32,000 nucleotides of DNA from Desulfotalea psychrophila LSv54 (GCF_000025945.1 NC_006138.1:120001-152000), one strand, 5' to 3'; positions 10,375-20,498 are shown, counted from the first letter of the stretch. Translations and numbers: made by a program. Notes: generated by a model from the letters alone, not told the origin.

Positions 10375-10718
10375 GGCCGTAGAGATATCCCCTCAAGAGA
10401 GGGGATATCAGCATTACCAATCCCTGATAATTGACCCCGCAAGCACTCTTCATTCTTCACGAATTCAGGCTTATAGTTCTTCATAAGCATTCGTGTCTGT
10501 CCTAGCCATTCATCCTTTGAGGTCACGATAAAAAACGGTTGATTAGGCAGGTGCCTTATGATGAAGTAATGGGCATTGGTGGTAATTAATATATCATCGA
10601 TGACTTCATTTTCAGCAAGAAGACTCATCGCCTTCTCATTTGATTTTACAATAAAGACAAGACAGGCGGAGGCCATTTGCGCCACAAGTCCCTGGAGTTT
10701 ATTGATCAAGCTCAACAA
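10350..10718 (-). CDS. Hypothetical protein, convergent with and overlapping the glyQ 3' end
   Basis: 122 aa ORF with ordinary protein composition ([58 protein letters not shown]). Fills an otherwise empty interval. No family recognised. Confidence 0.5.
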   Translation of the reverse strand: MLSLINKLQGLVAQMASACLVFIVKSNEKAMSLLAENEVIDDILITTNAHYFIIRHLPNQPFFIVTSKDEWLGQTRMLMKNYKPEFVKNEECLRGQLSGIGNADIPSLEGISLRPYLFLISG

Positions 10719-10825
10719 AAAGCAACCCTAACAAAAGAAAAGAATACCACTCTATCTGACTAATGTGAATTAGATATTTCTTGAAGCCCCTCAAACAAAA
10801 CCATATCTCATAGTTAGGAACGTTC

Positions 10826-11728
10826 ATGCCTGAAAAAACAGCTCGCCCCCTACTCATCTACCTCTACTTAACTCTCACCATGTTTTTTTGGGCAGGTACA
10901 TTCGTCGCAGGCAGAATCCTAGGGCAGAACCTACCTCCGAGTGTAGCCGGTTTTCTTCGTTTTTTTGTTGCCTCTAGCAGTCTTTTTCTCGTCCTTAGGA
11001 TAAAATTCGGAGCCATACCACGACCGGAAAAAGAACAACTACTCCCCCTCCTCCTCCTTGGTTTCACAGGTATCTTTGCCTACAACATCTTCTTTTTCAA
11101 AGGATTACAGCATATCGAAGCTGGCAGAGCCGCCCTCTTTATCGCAGCCACGCCACTGATGATTACCATTACCGCAACCCTTTTCCTCAAGGAGAGACTC
11201 TCCTTGAAGGGATTTCTGGGCGTACTCCTCTCCTTTACCGGAGCCGTGATAGTAATCAGCAATGGACACCCAGAAAAAGTACTGCAGGGAGGCTTTGGCA
11301 TAGGCGAGCAGTCCCTGCTTGGCTGTGCAGCAAGCTGGGCAGCCTACACCCTGGCCAGCCGTAAGGTATTAATCTCCATGTCACCTCTTTCAGCAGTCTG
11401 CTTCTCATGCATGTTGGGAACAGCAATGCTCTTCCCCTTTGCCATAGGCGATGGTCTCTTTACCCTTATGCCACAGATTACGGACCTAGGCTGGATCTGC
11501 GTACTCTATATGGGGGTCGGCGGCACAGCCCTTGGCTTTTGTTGGTACTACAAGGCCCTGAAAGCAATCGGCACGACCAAGACATCAATATTTCTCAACC
11601 TTGTCCCTATCTTCACCCTGATTCTGGGCCATTTCATTCTCGGAGAATATGTCAACATCTCTGTACTTGCAGGCGGACTGCTGGTCTTAACAGGTGTAAC
11701 AATTACCAATTTTCAAAAAGATAATTAA
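10826..11728 (+). CDS. DMT-superfamily transporter (EamA domain)
   Basis: 300 aa multi-TM protein. [34 protein letters not shown]...[45 protein letters not shown]; second repeat ...[23 protein letters not shown]. Confidence 0.9.
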   Translation: MPEKTARPLLIYLYLTLTMFFWAGTFVAGRILGQNLPPSVAGFLRFFVASSSLFLVLRIKFGAIPRPEKEQLLPLLLLGFTGIFAYNIFFFKGLQHIEAGRAALFIAATPLMITITATLFLKERLSLKGFLGVLLSFTGAVIVISNGHPEKVLQGGFGIGEQSLLGCAASWAAYTLASRKVLISMSPLSAVCFSCMLGTAMLFPFAIGDGLFTLMPQITDLGWICVLYMGVGGTALGFCWYYKALKAIGTTKTSIFLNLVPIFTLILGHFILGEYVNISVLAGGLLVLTGVTITNFQKDN

Positions 11729-11730
11729 CT

Positions 11731-12180
11731 ATGCGAGCTGTCATTCAACGAAGTAAAGAGGCCTCGGTCACCGTAGCAAATAATATTGTCGGCGAAATAG
11801 AGCATGGCCTTGTGGTTTTTCTCGGCGTGCAGGCAAGCGACACGGAAAAAGAGATCAAATGGATGGCAGAGAAAATACGCCATCTGCGTATTTTTGAAGA
11901 CGATGAAGGAAAAATGAACCATTCATTACAAGACAGGGGGGGAAAGATGCTTATTGTCTCCCAATTCACCCTCTATGGTGACTGTCGAAAAGGTAGGCGC
12001 CCCAGTTACTCCCAGGCCGCCAACCCCGAATTTGCCAAAAGGATTTACGACCTCTTTATAGAAGAGGTCAAAAAGAGCGGTTTAGAGGTGGCGACGGGAA
12101 TATTCCAGGCTGACATGGATGTACAACTCATAAATGATGGTCCTGTTACCATGCTACTCGATTCAGAAAAGATCTTCTAA
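11731..12180 (+). CDS. dtd: D-aminoacyl-tRNA deacylase
   Basis: 149 aa. [15 protein letters not shown]...GLVVFLGV...[22 protein letters not shown]...[11 protein letters not shown]. Starts 2 nt after the preceding stop, suggesting coupling. Confidence 0.96.
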   Translation: MRAVIQRSKEASVTVANNIVGEIEHGLVVFLGVQASDTEKEIKWMAEKIRHLRIFEDDEGKMNHSLQDRGGKMLIVSQFTLYGDCRKGRRPSYSQAANPEFAKRIYDLFIEEVKKSGLEVATGIFQADMDVQLINDGPVTMLLDSEKIF

Positions 12181-12230
12181 CAGCTACAGACCCATATTTT
12201 TCTCTCAACCTCAGAAATCACAAAGAGCAA

Positions 12231-15149
12231 ATGACCTATATTAATGGAAAAGAGTACTTTCAGTTCATCCTAAAGAAGAAGCTTTTTATCGCCGAAATAA
12301 ACTCCACCGTTTATCTCTTTGAACATAGCCGCCTGGGATGCCCCGTTGTTGCCATAAAAAACGATGACCACAATAAAACCTTCTCTGCGGCCTTCAACAC
12401 CATCCCTACCGATTCAACGGGCGTTGCCCACATCCTTGAGCACTCCGTCCTGATGGGTTCTGAAAAGTACCCGGTAAAGGATGTCTTTGGCGAGATACAT
12501 AAGGGCGGGCTCATGACCTTTCTCAATGCCATGACGGGATCAGACATCACCTATTACCCCTTTGCCACCAGAAATATCAAAGAATATTTCAGCATAATGG
12601 ATGTCTACTGTGACGTGGTATTTAAGCCACTCCTCGATCCAGCAACCTTCGAGCAGGAAGGTTGGCACTATCATCAAGAGGCAGAGGATGCCCCCCTGGA
12701 ATTTCAAGGCGTGGTCTATAATGAGATGAAGGGTGCCTTTTCAGATCCTATTCGCCATATTTTCCACAATATATACGGTGGACTTATGCCCGACTCCACC
12801 TACGCCCACGAGTCAGGCGGAGACCCCAGAAACATCCCCGATCTCAGCTACCAGGAGTTCTGCGATTTCCACAGCCAGCACTACCATGCCAGCAATGGTA
12901 TGTATTTTTTCTATGGAGATGCCCCCCTGGAAGAAGAGCTCCAATATCTCGAGAAAAAATTTGACGCCCACTTTCCAGAAAAGGGTGAAAAAGCGGTAGT
13001 CATAGAAGGCCCGGGAATTAAGTCCCCTGTTTCCATTCACAAAACCTATGCGGTGGATTCCACTGACACAAAAGAGAAGACCTTTATTGCCGTTGGCACC
13101 AACATAGCCAAGGTCACCGAACGAGAAAAGAATACCGCCTTCCAAATTATCGCCAATATCCTCTTTAACTCAGATGCCTCTCCTCTAAAAAATCGTATTG
13201 TCTCAAGTGGACTCTGTAAGGATTTTGGCGGACTCTACATGGCATCATCCTCCTACCAGACCTTTATGCTCAGCTATTTGGTGGGAAGTGAAGCGGAACA
13301 TCAAGAAGAATTCGTCCGGATCTACCAAGAGGCACTGCAGGATATGGTAGAGAATGGGCTTGACCACGAACTGGTGCTCTCTGAGCTCAATAAATTTGAA
13401 TTTGACTATCGAGAAGATTCGAGCAAGGCACAACGAGGACTGGACCTTATCGGCAAGGTTATGCCCGCTCTAAAATATGGAATGGACCCCTTTGCCTGCC
13501 TGGAAAACGAGTCAATGCTACAGGACCTGCGCAAAAAGGCCTTGGAAGAGGGTTATTTTGAGCAGCTTATCAAAGAATTCCTCCTCGATAACCCTGCCAC
13601 GGTCACCCTCAGCCTAAGCCCCGACCCCCAAAAACAGCTCAGCACCAAGGCTGAAGAGGAGGCGCGCCTACAGAGCTACGACCAACAACTGAGCGAGACT
13701 GAAAAGGTACAGCGCATTGCCCGCACCCAAGAGCTGATGCAAGAGCAGCAGGAAGCCAATAGCGTTGAAAATTTGGCCCTCTTACCAAGTTTGACCCTTA
13801 AGGATCTCTCAACATCCTTTGATTTCCACCAGGCAAGTACCGTTAAGGTGGCAGATAAAGATGTTTTAATCAGTGATCTTGACACCAACCACATCGCCTA
13901 TATAGATCTGGGCTTTGATTTTTCCGCCATCCCAGCTCACCTCCTCCCTTGGTTCGATATCTTTGGCACCATTATCACCGAAATAGGTACCGAGCAGCTC
14001 AACTATATGTCCTTTGCCAAGGAGGTTGCAACCAGCACAGGTGGTTTCTCCTTCTCTGCAAGCGTCTATGGCAACATCGACCGGGAGAAGACCCCACGTC
14101 CCATCGCCTGGTTTCACCTAAAATGCTTGCCGGACTATCTGGAAAGGGCAGTAAGCCTTATCAGCTCCCTACTCAGCAAACCATCCTTTGCCGACCGGGC
14201 TCGAATTCAGGAGATTGTCGGCCGGGAATTTGCCTGGACTGATCACTCCGCCCAGAGCGAAGGATATGGCCTTGCCGCCGGACGAGCTGAGGCACAGCTC
14301 AGTATAGGCGGAGCTTACCGGGAAATGTATGGTGGGATCACCGCCTATCGAGCCCTGAAAGACCTTGCTCTGAACTATGAGCAAAGAGAAGAGACCTTTC
14401 TGGCAGGACTAGAGGAGATAGCGCATCTCCTTCTCAATCAACAGAACCTGCAAATAGGCATCACGGCAAACAGACCGCAGATAGAGCACTTCCTAAAACT
14501 CTGCCCGGCTCTTATCAAGAGCCTCCCTACACACAGAGTCAGCCGCCAGAAACCGCCAGTAATGAACCTGGCAAAGCATGAGGCATTTATTACCTCGGCA
14601 GAGGTTGTCTTTGCCATCCAGGGGGCAAACCTCTTCCCTCAGGGCAGCGGTTACAACGGCCACTTCGAGGTGCTTAAAACCTATTTTTCCAGGGATTATC
14701 TGTGGAATACAGTACGGCAAATGGGTGGAGCCTACGGCTGTTTTATCCAGTTCAGTCAGCTCAATGGCAATATGCTCTTTGTCAGCTACCGTGATCCACA
14801 GGTTGCTAAAACCTACGATGCCTATAACAGGGTCGCCGAGGTAACCAAAAACCTCTCCCTGCCACGCGAGGTGATGGACCAGCTTATTATTGGCACCTAT
14901 GGTGGATTCACCCCACACCAGAGCCAGGCAAGCAGAGGGGCAGTTGCCCGCAATGAGTTCATCAGCGGTATCACTCCCCAATATAAAGAGGCACGGATTG
15001 AGGAGATCATCTCAACAGAGGTTGGCGATCTACGCAAATTTGCGCCTCTTCTGGAGGAGATGCTGACAAAGAGCCATAGAACAGCTATTGGTAATAGAGC
15101 AAAGCTTGAACAGGATGCATCTCTCTTTGACAGGGTAGAAGAGCTCTAA
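12231..15149 (+). CDS. M16C-family metallopeptidase (insulinase/PreP-like)
   Basis: 972 aa. Inverted zinc motif HxxEH in STGVAHILEHSVLMGSEKYPVKDVF; NAMTGSDITYYPFATRN; GVVYNEMKGAFSDP; C-terminal GAYGCFIQFSQLNGNMLFVSYRDP. Confidence 0.93.
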   Translation: MTYINGKEYFQFILKKKLFIAEINSTVYLFEHSRLGCPVVAIKNDDHNKTFSAAFNTIPTDSTGVAHILEHSVLMGSEKYPVKDVFGEIHKGGLMTFLNAMTGSDITYYPFATRNIKEYFSIMDVYCDVVFKPLLDPATFEQEGWHYHQEAEDAPLEFQGVVYNEMKGAFSDPIRHIFHNIYGGLMPDSTYAHESGGDPRNIPDLSYQEFCDFHSQHYHASNGMYFFYGDAPLEEELQYLEKKFDAHFPEKGEKAVVIEGPGIKSPVSIHKTYAVDSTDTKEKTFIAVGTNIAKVTEREKNTAFQIIANILFNSDASPLKNRIVSSGLCKDFGGLYMASSSYQTFMLSYLVGSEAEHQEEFVRIYQEALQDMVENGLDHELVLSELNKFEFDYREDSSKAQRGLDLIGKVMPALKYGMDPFACLENESMLQDLRKKALEEGYFEQLIKEFLLDNPATVTLSLSPDPQKQLSTKAEEEARLQSYDQQLSETEKVQRIARTQELMQEQQEANSVENLALLPSLTLKDLSTSFDFHQASTVKVADKDVLISDLDTNHIAYIDLGFDFSAIPAHLLPWFDIFGTIITEIGTEQLNYMSFAKEVATSTGGFSFSASVYGNIDREKTPRPIAWFHLKCLPDYLERAVSLISSLLSKPSFADRARIQEIVGREFAWTDHSAQSEGYGLAAGRAEAQLSIGGAYREMYGGITAYRALKDLALNYEQREETFLAGLEEIAHLLLNQQNLQIGITANRPQIEHFLKLCPALIKSLPTHRVSRQKPPVMNLAKHEAFITSAEVVFAIQGANLFPQGSGYNGHFEVLKTYFSRDYLWNTVRQMGGAYGCFIQFSQLNGNMLFVSYRDPQVAKTYDAYNRVAEVTKNLSLPREVMDQLIIGTYGGFTPHQSQASRGAVARNEFISGITPQYKEARIEEIISTEVGDLRKFAPLLEEMLTKSHRTAIGNRAKLEQDASLFDRVEEL

Positions 15150-15150
15150 C

Positions 15151-15188
15151 AGAAAAGAGGCCTTACTGTGGTAACAATAAGGCCTCTT
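15151..15188. terminator. Bidirectional terminator between the M16C gene and the convergent YgdI/YgdR-like gene
   Basis: AAAAGAGGCCTTA (15151-15163) / TAAGGCCTCTTTT (15176-15188): perfect 13-bp stem with A/T ends. An inner TGT/ACA may extend it. Confidence 0.9.
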
Positions 15189-15232
15189 TTCATTGGGAAT
15201 ATCCCGGTCATCAAACTTAGCAAGACAGGGTA

Positions 15233-15469
15233 TTACTGCTGGTCAGCAGGAATATCAGATTCTTCCATAAGTTTTACGTCATCACGGTCAAGAACCATCT
15301 CCCTGCCATCGGGACCTGTAAAACTTAACTGATCATGACTGTCCACCTCAGGACGATCCTGGGCATAATAGACCTCACCGGCAACGGTGGTAATCTTATA
15401 AGGCTGACTACAGGCAATAAGCTGCGTAGCGACAAACAGTACAAGCGCACATAGTATGGTTCTTCCCAT
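15233..15469 (-). CDS. YgdI/YgdR-like small lipoprotein
   Basis: 78 aa. Lipobox TQLIAC; YKITTVAGEVYYAQDRPEVDSHDQLSFTGPDGREMVLDRDDVKLMEE. Confidence 0.8.
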   Translation of the reverse strand: MGRTILCALVLFVATQLIACSQPYKITTVAGEVYYAQDRPEVDSHDQLSFTGPDGREMVLDRDDVKLMEESDIPADQQ

Positions 15470-15599
15470 AACTTCCTCCTAGCATACAGATATTTGTTTA
15501 AAAACTGATGCGCCACCGATACAAGTGGGCAGAGACACTCACAGAGAATCAACCTTCGACAAGGAGCCAAGAAGGGGCCCTCTTTTCCATGAGGGGACT

Positions 15600-16055
15600 C
15601 TAATTTTGCAGGTGCCACTTACCATAGGCGTCACGGCAGGCCGTTGTATGAGCAATCTCCTTACGGCCGTCAACAACAGCCTCTACGGTCGCCTCACGAC
15701 AAATTTTTCTAGTACTCTCATTGGTGTAGGAAGGTTGCGGAATAACTCTATACTGATTGCCGGAGTCAGGATTAACCCAGGCAGTTGCCTGCCCCGAAGG
15801 CCCCCTTTCATAGACGGTATTTAAACGCTGCTGATCAGCCTTATCCATCTCATTACCAATGACATAACCAAGCACTCCACCAATTGCTGCGCCCAAAAGA
15901 GTTGCCTGAGTATTATGCCCTATGGCCTGACCTATGAGGGCACCTGCGGCAGCCCCACCTACACCGCCCTGGCCACCCTTATTCATATTACTACCTGCAC
16001 ATGAACTCAGAGAGAGAGTTAAGGCTACAGCGCCAACTGCTAATAATTTCCTCAT
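15600..16055 (-). CDS. Glycine-zipper outer-membrane lipoprotein (17 kDa antigen-like)
   Basis: ORF track 15600..16097, but the likelier start is Met at 16055 (MRKLLAVGAVALTLSLSSCAG, lipobox). Glycine zipper GGVGGAAAGALIGQAIGHNTQATLLGAAIGGVLGYVIGNEMD; C-terminal CREATVEAVVDGRKEIAHTTACRDAYGKW. Confidence 0.82.
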   Translation of the reverse strand: MRKLLAVGAVALTLSLSSCAGSNMNKGGQGGVGGAAAGALIGQAIGHNTQATLLGAAIGGVLGYVIGNEMDKADQQRLNTVYERGPSGQATAWVNPDSGNQYRVIPQPSYTNESTRKICREATVEAVVDGRKEIAHTTACRDAYGKWHLQN

Positions 16056-16147
16056 AGACGGCTCCACATTATGGCATAACACCAATATATTTTTCACAGC
16101 AATTCAGCTATGTACTCATTCTTTTTAACAATTCCGACCCAAACCCC

Positions 16148-16669
16148 CTACTTTGTGAGTGAAGACCAGGCATTACGTATTTTATCTACCATCCTCTGCC
16201 ACAGGCTTTTAGCTTTCTCCTTGGTATCACCAGCACCATCTTTGACGGCATCAATACCATCTTTGCTCTTCTCTTTAACAACAGCGACACCCTCTTTGCC
16301 CTTTTCTTTACTGTCCTGCAAAACCTTGGCAGTAGATTCCTTGGTCTTTTCATAGCCCTTAGAGGTAACATCCTTAGTGTCCTGCCAAGCATCCCCTGTA
16401 ACGTCTTTGGCTTTATCATAGCCCTTAGAGGCAGCCTCTTTAGTATCCTGCCAAGCCTCAGTTCCAGCTTTTTTGCTATCCTGAAGGAGCTCATGACCGG
16501 CCTCCTTAGACTTCTGCCAGGTGCTATCCTGAGGTTGAGTAGGCATGACCTGTGCCTGATTCTCTGCAGGCTGAATATTAGAATCGTCCTTAACCTCAGC
16601 AAGCGCAACAGAGGAGCTCAGCAAAAGTAGTAAACAGCAGGCTAGAAACTTCTTCGATACATGTTTCAT
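16148..16669 (-). CDS. Secreted/periplasmic LEA-like repeat protein
   Basis: ORF track 16148..16786; the likely start is Met at 16669 (MKHVSKKFLACCLLLLLSSSVALA, signal peptide). Residues 51 onward form five 22-residue Lys/Asp/Glu/Ala-rich units. Confidence 0.8.
   Translation of the reverse strand: MKHVSKKFLACCLLLLLSSSVALAEVKDDSNIQPAENQAQVMPTQPQDSTWQKSKEAGHELLQDSKKAGTEAWQDTKEAASKGYDKAKDVTGDAWQDTKDVTSKGYEKTKESTAKVLQDSKEKGKEGVAVVKEKSKDGIDAVKDGAGDTKEKAKSLWQRMVDKIRNAWSSLTK
16190..16519 (-). repeat. Five tandem 22-aa (66-bp) units within the LEA-like gene
   Basis: WQKSKEAGHELLQDSKKAGTEA / WQDTKEAASKGYDKAKDVTGDA / WQDTKDVTSKGYEKTKESTAKV / LQDSKEKGKEGVAVVKEKSKDG / IDAVKDGAGDTKEKAKSLWQRM, each exactly 22 residues with no gaps. 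Confidence 0.88.
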
Positions 16670-16922
16670 AGAGACTCCACTATGGTATAATTTTAATCTT
16701 ACTGAGTAGCCTTCCCCCAGCCTTTTCTTTTTCCTATAAAAAAGGGTTCTTATAGAAAGGGTATTAAAAGAAGGACGAAAAACCAACCGTTTTTTAACTT
16801 TTTATTACAATTTCACCCCTATTTAGAACAAAAATTTGTTCTTTTATCCATCAGTGTATATTGTAGAAAAATGATTTTACTAGATATATTAAAAATTCAC
16901 GCTTCCCCTTACAGATAAAAAA

Positions 16923-18287
16923 ATGAAAACATCTTCGAGATATATTGCGGCCGAAACACTTTGCCAGGTCTACAAAAAACAACAGCCGGTAAAACCAATT
17001 CTGGAAAAACTGTGCCAACAAAAACAGCTCAACCCACGGGAACGATCTCTGGCCATGAATATGGTCTTCGGGGTACTGAGAAAACGCCAATATCTCGATA
17101 TATTACTGCGAAAACTCAGCACAGTACGCCTAAAAAAGCTTGATCCTTTTGTCCACCAGGCACTGACGGTGGGCCTTTACCAACTATTTTTTCTCGATTC
17201 AATCCCTGAATCTGCCATCGTTAATGAAGCTGTCAATAGCTGTAAAACAGCCAAAGTACATAAACGACTCCATGGGTTCGTCAACGGCATACTGCGTAAT
17301 GCAACAAGACAAAAAGAGGCTCTTGCCAATGGCATGAAAGAGCAGGAACAGGAAATCCACACCACCCCGAGTGGGTTGTTCAAACGATGGCAGGAGCGCT
17401 TCGGCCTTGAAAAGGCAAGATACATCTGTGAAATTAACGGTGAGGAGCCACCTCTGACTCTGCGGGTTAACAGTACAAAGACCAGCATTGACGATTTTGA
17501 GGCCCTCCTTACCAGAGAGGGAATTACGGGCACAAGAGGGCCGGCCCCTGAAAGCCTTATCATCGAAGACTACCAAGGCCTTATTGGTGATATTCCCGGC
17601 TATAAGGATGGCCTTTTCCAGGTGCAGGACAGTGCCGCTCAACTGGCGTCTCTGCTCCTCCTCCCCATAAAATCGGGTGGACACTACCTCGACGCCTGTG
17701 CCGGTCTGGGAGGGAAAACGAGCCATATCATCCAGTTAGGCGCGGACAAAGAGATAAAGGTGATAGCCGTTGAACCAGATGCCAAACGGAAAGAAAAATT
17801 TATCACCAATATAGAACGACTCTTTACTCACCATGAGGTAGAGCTACACCCCACCTCTTTGCAGGAATTCAAAGCCAGCAACACCCAAGCCTTCGATGGC
17901 ATCCTGGTCGACGCCCCATGCTCCGGCACAGGCGTTATACGCCGACAGCCAGACATTCGTTGGAACCGCAAAGAGGAAGATTTCCTGCAGAAGCAGATCA
18001 TCCAACTGGAAATTTTAAGCCTGGCCGCAGAGATGTTGGCCCCGACAGGAATACTGGTATATGCAACCTGCTCTCTTGAGATTGAAGAGAACGAGGATCT
18101 TATTAAAAAATTTCTTCTCCTCTTCCCTGACTTCTACTTGACGGACTGCCAGAATTACCTACCTGAAGAGGTAGGCGAGCATATTCGCCCGGCAAAAGAT
18201 GGTGATGGGAGCTTCTTTGCCCCCCTTCCCTCTAAGAGACTTGATGGTTTTTTTGCAGCACGCCTTGCCAGAAGAGATAAGCAGTAA
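16923..18287 (+). CDS. rsmB: 16S rRNA (cytosine-967 C5)-methyltransferase
   Basis: 454 aa. NusB-like N-terminus; YLDACAGLGGKTSHI, VDAPCSGTGVIRRQPDIRWNRKEED, LVYATCSLEIEENE. The motif-IV PCSGTG and motif-VI TCS cysteines are present. Confidence 0.95.
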   Translation: MKTSSRYIAAETLCQVYKKQQPVKPILEKLCQQKQLNPRERSLAMNMVFGVLRKRQYLDILLRKLSTVRLKKLDPFVHQALTVGLYQLFFLDSIPESAIVNEAVNSCKTAKVHKRLHGFVNGILRNATRQKEALANGMKEQEQEIHTTPSGLFKRWQERFGLEKARYICEINGEEPPLTLRVNSTKTSIDDFEALLTREGITGTRGPAPESLIIEDYQGLIGDIPGYKDGLFQVQDSAAQLASLLLLPIKSGGHYLDACAGLGGKTSHIIQLGADKEIKVIAVEPDAKRKEKFITNIERLFTHHEVELHPTSLQEFKASNTQAFDGILVDAPCSGTGVIRRQPDIRWNRKEEDFLQKQIIQLEILSLAAEMLAPTGILVYATCSLEIEENEDLIKKFLLLFPDFYLTDCQNYLPEEVGEHIRPAKDGDGSFFAPLPSKRLDGFFAARLARRDKQ

Positions 18288-18431
18288 GGTTTTCTTTGCT
18301 ATCCGCCCCTCTTTTATGTACATTTAGCCTGCTTTTAAAAGGCATAATTTAAAATTAATTTTCTCTAACGAAGCGATCTGGCTCAGGGGAAATACACAAA
18401 TAATTACTAATGAAAATAATAGGATAAAAGA

Positions 18432-19010
18432 ATGGCTGAAATAAAAAGTACCATAGAAATGGTTCTTGAACGAGCTGCAAGAATGGAAAAAGAGACAACA
18501 GAGGTGACAGGCGCAGATTACAGCAGAGACGGAATGCGACTGGGGGCAAGCTTTATGAACGGAAAAGAGGCCGATATAATGGCATCTTTACGAGCCCAGG
18601 ATGAAGACAAACAGACAAGCATGAAGTCCGGAATCCTGCAAACCCTGCTACGAAATATCACCCTGCCACGGGATACAGATATGCAAGCCGCAGCTCATAA
18701 AGCGCTCTCCGGCCTTATTGAACTCTGTCAGGGAGTGGAGGAGCCTGCAAATATTTGCACTGAGCTTCAAACAATAGTGGACCAGTATGCCCAGCATAAG
18801 GAGCAATCGACTGAACAACTCGAAAATGCCCTTCGGGACCAGATGCAACAACAGTATGCCGCGCAGGGCAGAGAGGGCCAGGAAGTAAATCCGGTAGCAC
18901 ACCCTCAGTATGCAGCAGAGCTCTCCAAAATGCTCGATGACCTCAACCAGCAATATACTCAGGCCATAGAGCAGCGTAAGGAGATCATTACCCAACTTAT
19001 AGGGGCTTAA
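18432..19010 (+). CDS. Hypothetical protein, soluble and Gln/Glu-rich
   Basis: 192 aa ORF with upstream ATAAAAGA and ordinary composition, same strand as its neighbours. No family confidently recognised. Confidence 0.65.
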   Translation: MAEIKSTIEMVLERAARMEKETTEVTGADYSRDGMRLGASFMNGKEADIMASLRAQDEDKQTSMKSGILQTLLRNITLPRDTDMQAAAHKALSGLIELCQGVEEPANICTELQTIVDQYAQHKEQSTEQLENALRDQMQQQYAAQGREGQEVNPVAHPQYAAELSKMLDDLNQQYTQAIEQRKEIITQLIGA

Positions 19011-19046
19011 ACCATATTAAAAGCAGGAAAACACGGGGATAGTGCT

Positions 19047-20147
19047 ATGAACTATGCAAAACGTATAAAAAAAATACAAAAGACTCTTTCCAGAAAGAAC
19101 CTTGATGCCCTCCTTGTCAGCCAACCGGAAAATCGTCGTTATCTCTCGGGGTATACAGGAGGTGACCACGGCATCGGTGAAACATCAGGTGTTTTAATTA
19201 TCCCCGCCAAGGGCAAGGTTCATCTCTTGACCGATTTTCGCTACCAGCTCCAGGCAGAACAGGACGCCAGCTGGACCAAGGTCCTCATTTATACCAAGGG
19301 CCTTATCCCCCTGCTCCTGAAACTCCTGCCTGAGCTCGGCATCAAGACTCTAGCCTTTGAAAGCGACTACACCCTCCACTCCTTTGCCAAGAGCCTCCGA
19401 GAAAAACTAGGCACAGTTGGAGTCACAACAACTCCAAGCCTTAATCTCATCGAGAAAATGCGCCTCATCAAAGATGAGGATGAGATCGATGCTATTCGCA
19501 GATCAGTTCTCCTCAATGAAGCTGTCTTTCAGGAGGTCTATGCAGACCTCAAGCCCGGTATCACAGAAACAGAGCTTGCCATCAAGATCGAGGCCACCAT
19601 GCGACGCAGAGGTGCCGAACGCCCAAGTTTTGATACCATTGTCGCATCAGGGAAAAACAGCGCCCTCCCCCATGCGGTTCCTGGTATGGATAAGATCAGA
19701 AAAGAGAGCCCCCTGACCATTGACATGGGACTTATCCTGGACGGTTATTGCTCTGATATGACCAGAACCTTTGTCCTCGGTAAGCCCGGCAAAAAATATT
19801 TAAAATACCACCGCCTTGTCCGCCGGGCCCAGCTTGCCGGCATGAAGGCGGTTCGAGCCGGAGTTACAGGCCAAGAGGTCGATGCCGTAGCACGTAAGAT
19901 AATCAGCGATGCAGGCTATGGGGAATATTTTGGGCATAGCCTGGGCCATGGTGTAGGCCTGGCCGTCCACGAGAACCCCCGCCTCTCCTTTTCCAACAAC
20001 AAAAAACTGAGAGAGGGCATGATCGTCACCGTGGAGCCTGGAATCTATATCCCTGGTTGGGGAGGAATCCGACTGGAAAACATGGTCGTTGTCCGTAAAG
20101 ATGGCTGTGAAAACCTCAACCAGGACACAACATTTTTAGACCTATAA
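19047..20147 (+). CDS. M24-family Xaa-Pro aminopeptidase
   Basis: 366 aa. LIEKMRLIKDEDEIDAIRRS..., DMGLILDGYCSDMTRTFVLG, YFGHSLGHGVGLAVHENPRLS, MIVTVEPGIYIPGWGGIRLENMVVV (metal-binding D/D/H/E/E motifs). Confidence 0.94.
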   Translation: MNYAKRIKKIQKTLSRKNLDALLVSQPENRRYLSGYTGGDHGIGETSGVLIIPAKGKVHLLTDFRYQLQAEQDASWTKVLIYTKGLIPLLLKLLPELGIKTLAFESDYTLHSFAKSLREKLGTVGVTTTPSLNLIEKMRLIKDEDEIDAIRRSVLLNEAVFQEVYADLKPGITETELAIKIEATMRRRGAERPSFDTIVASGKNSALPHAVPGMDKIRKESPLTIDMGLILDGYCSDMTRTFVLGKPGKKYLKYHRLVRRAQLAGMKAVRAGVTGQEVDAVARKIISDAGYGEYFGHSLGHGVGLAVHENPRLSFSNNKKLREGMIVTVEPGIYIPGWGGIRLENMVVVRKDGCENLNQDTTFLDL

Positions 20148-20165
20148 CCATAAAAAGAGTTTAAA

Positions 20166-20498
20166 ATGCGCCAATTTGTCATAGATGAACTTTCCCCCAT
20201 GGAAAGGGATAATATCGATTCTTATCTCAAACGCAATACCAAGATAGGACCAATGATTGGCCTCTATTGGATTGTTCTGCCAGAGGAACTCCTCTCCGAG
20301 GCGCAACTGGGACATGAAGAGCACGGACCATTCTACATCGCCGTTGAAGTAGAACAGCACTCTGTCAAATTTGAACTCCTTGTCCGCAGTAAGAGTAATT
20401 TGCACTGTACATGCATTGCCCATGCAAGCCCTGAGCAACGACAATACATACTAGGCTTTATTGATAAGATGGTGACTGAAGAGATGATCAGATCATAA
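20166..20498 (+). CDS. Hypothetical protein
   Basis: 110 aa ORF directly downstream of the M24 peptidase gene. MRQFVIDELSPMERDNIDSYLKRNTKIGPMIGLYWIVLPEELL... Confidence 0.6.
   Translation: MRQFVIDELSPMERDNIDSYLKRNTKIGPMIGLYWIVLPEELLSEAQLGHEEHGPFYIAVEVEQHSVKFELLVRSKSNLHCTCIAHASPEQRQYILGFIDKMVTEEMIRS

Noticed and set aside
16186-16608. 140-aa minus-strand ORF in an alternative frame of the LEA-like gene
   Set aside because: It exists because the 66-bp repeats lack stops in another frame. The Arg/Leu-rich repeat peptide has no start context, and the LEA-like frame has a signal peptide.
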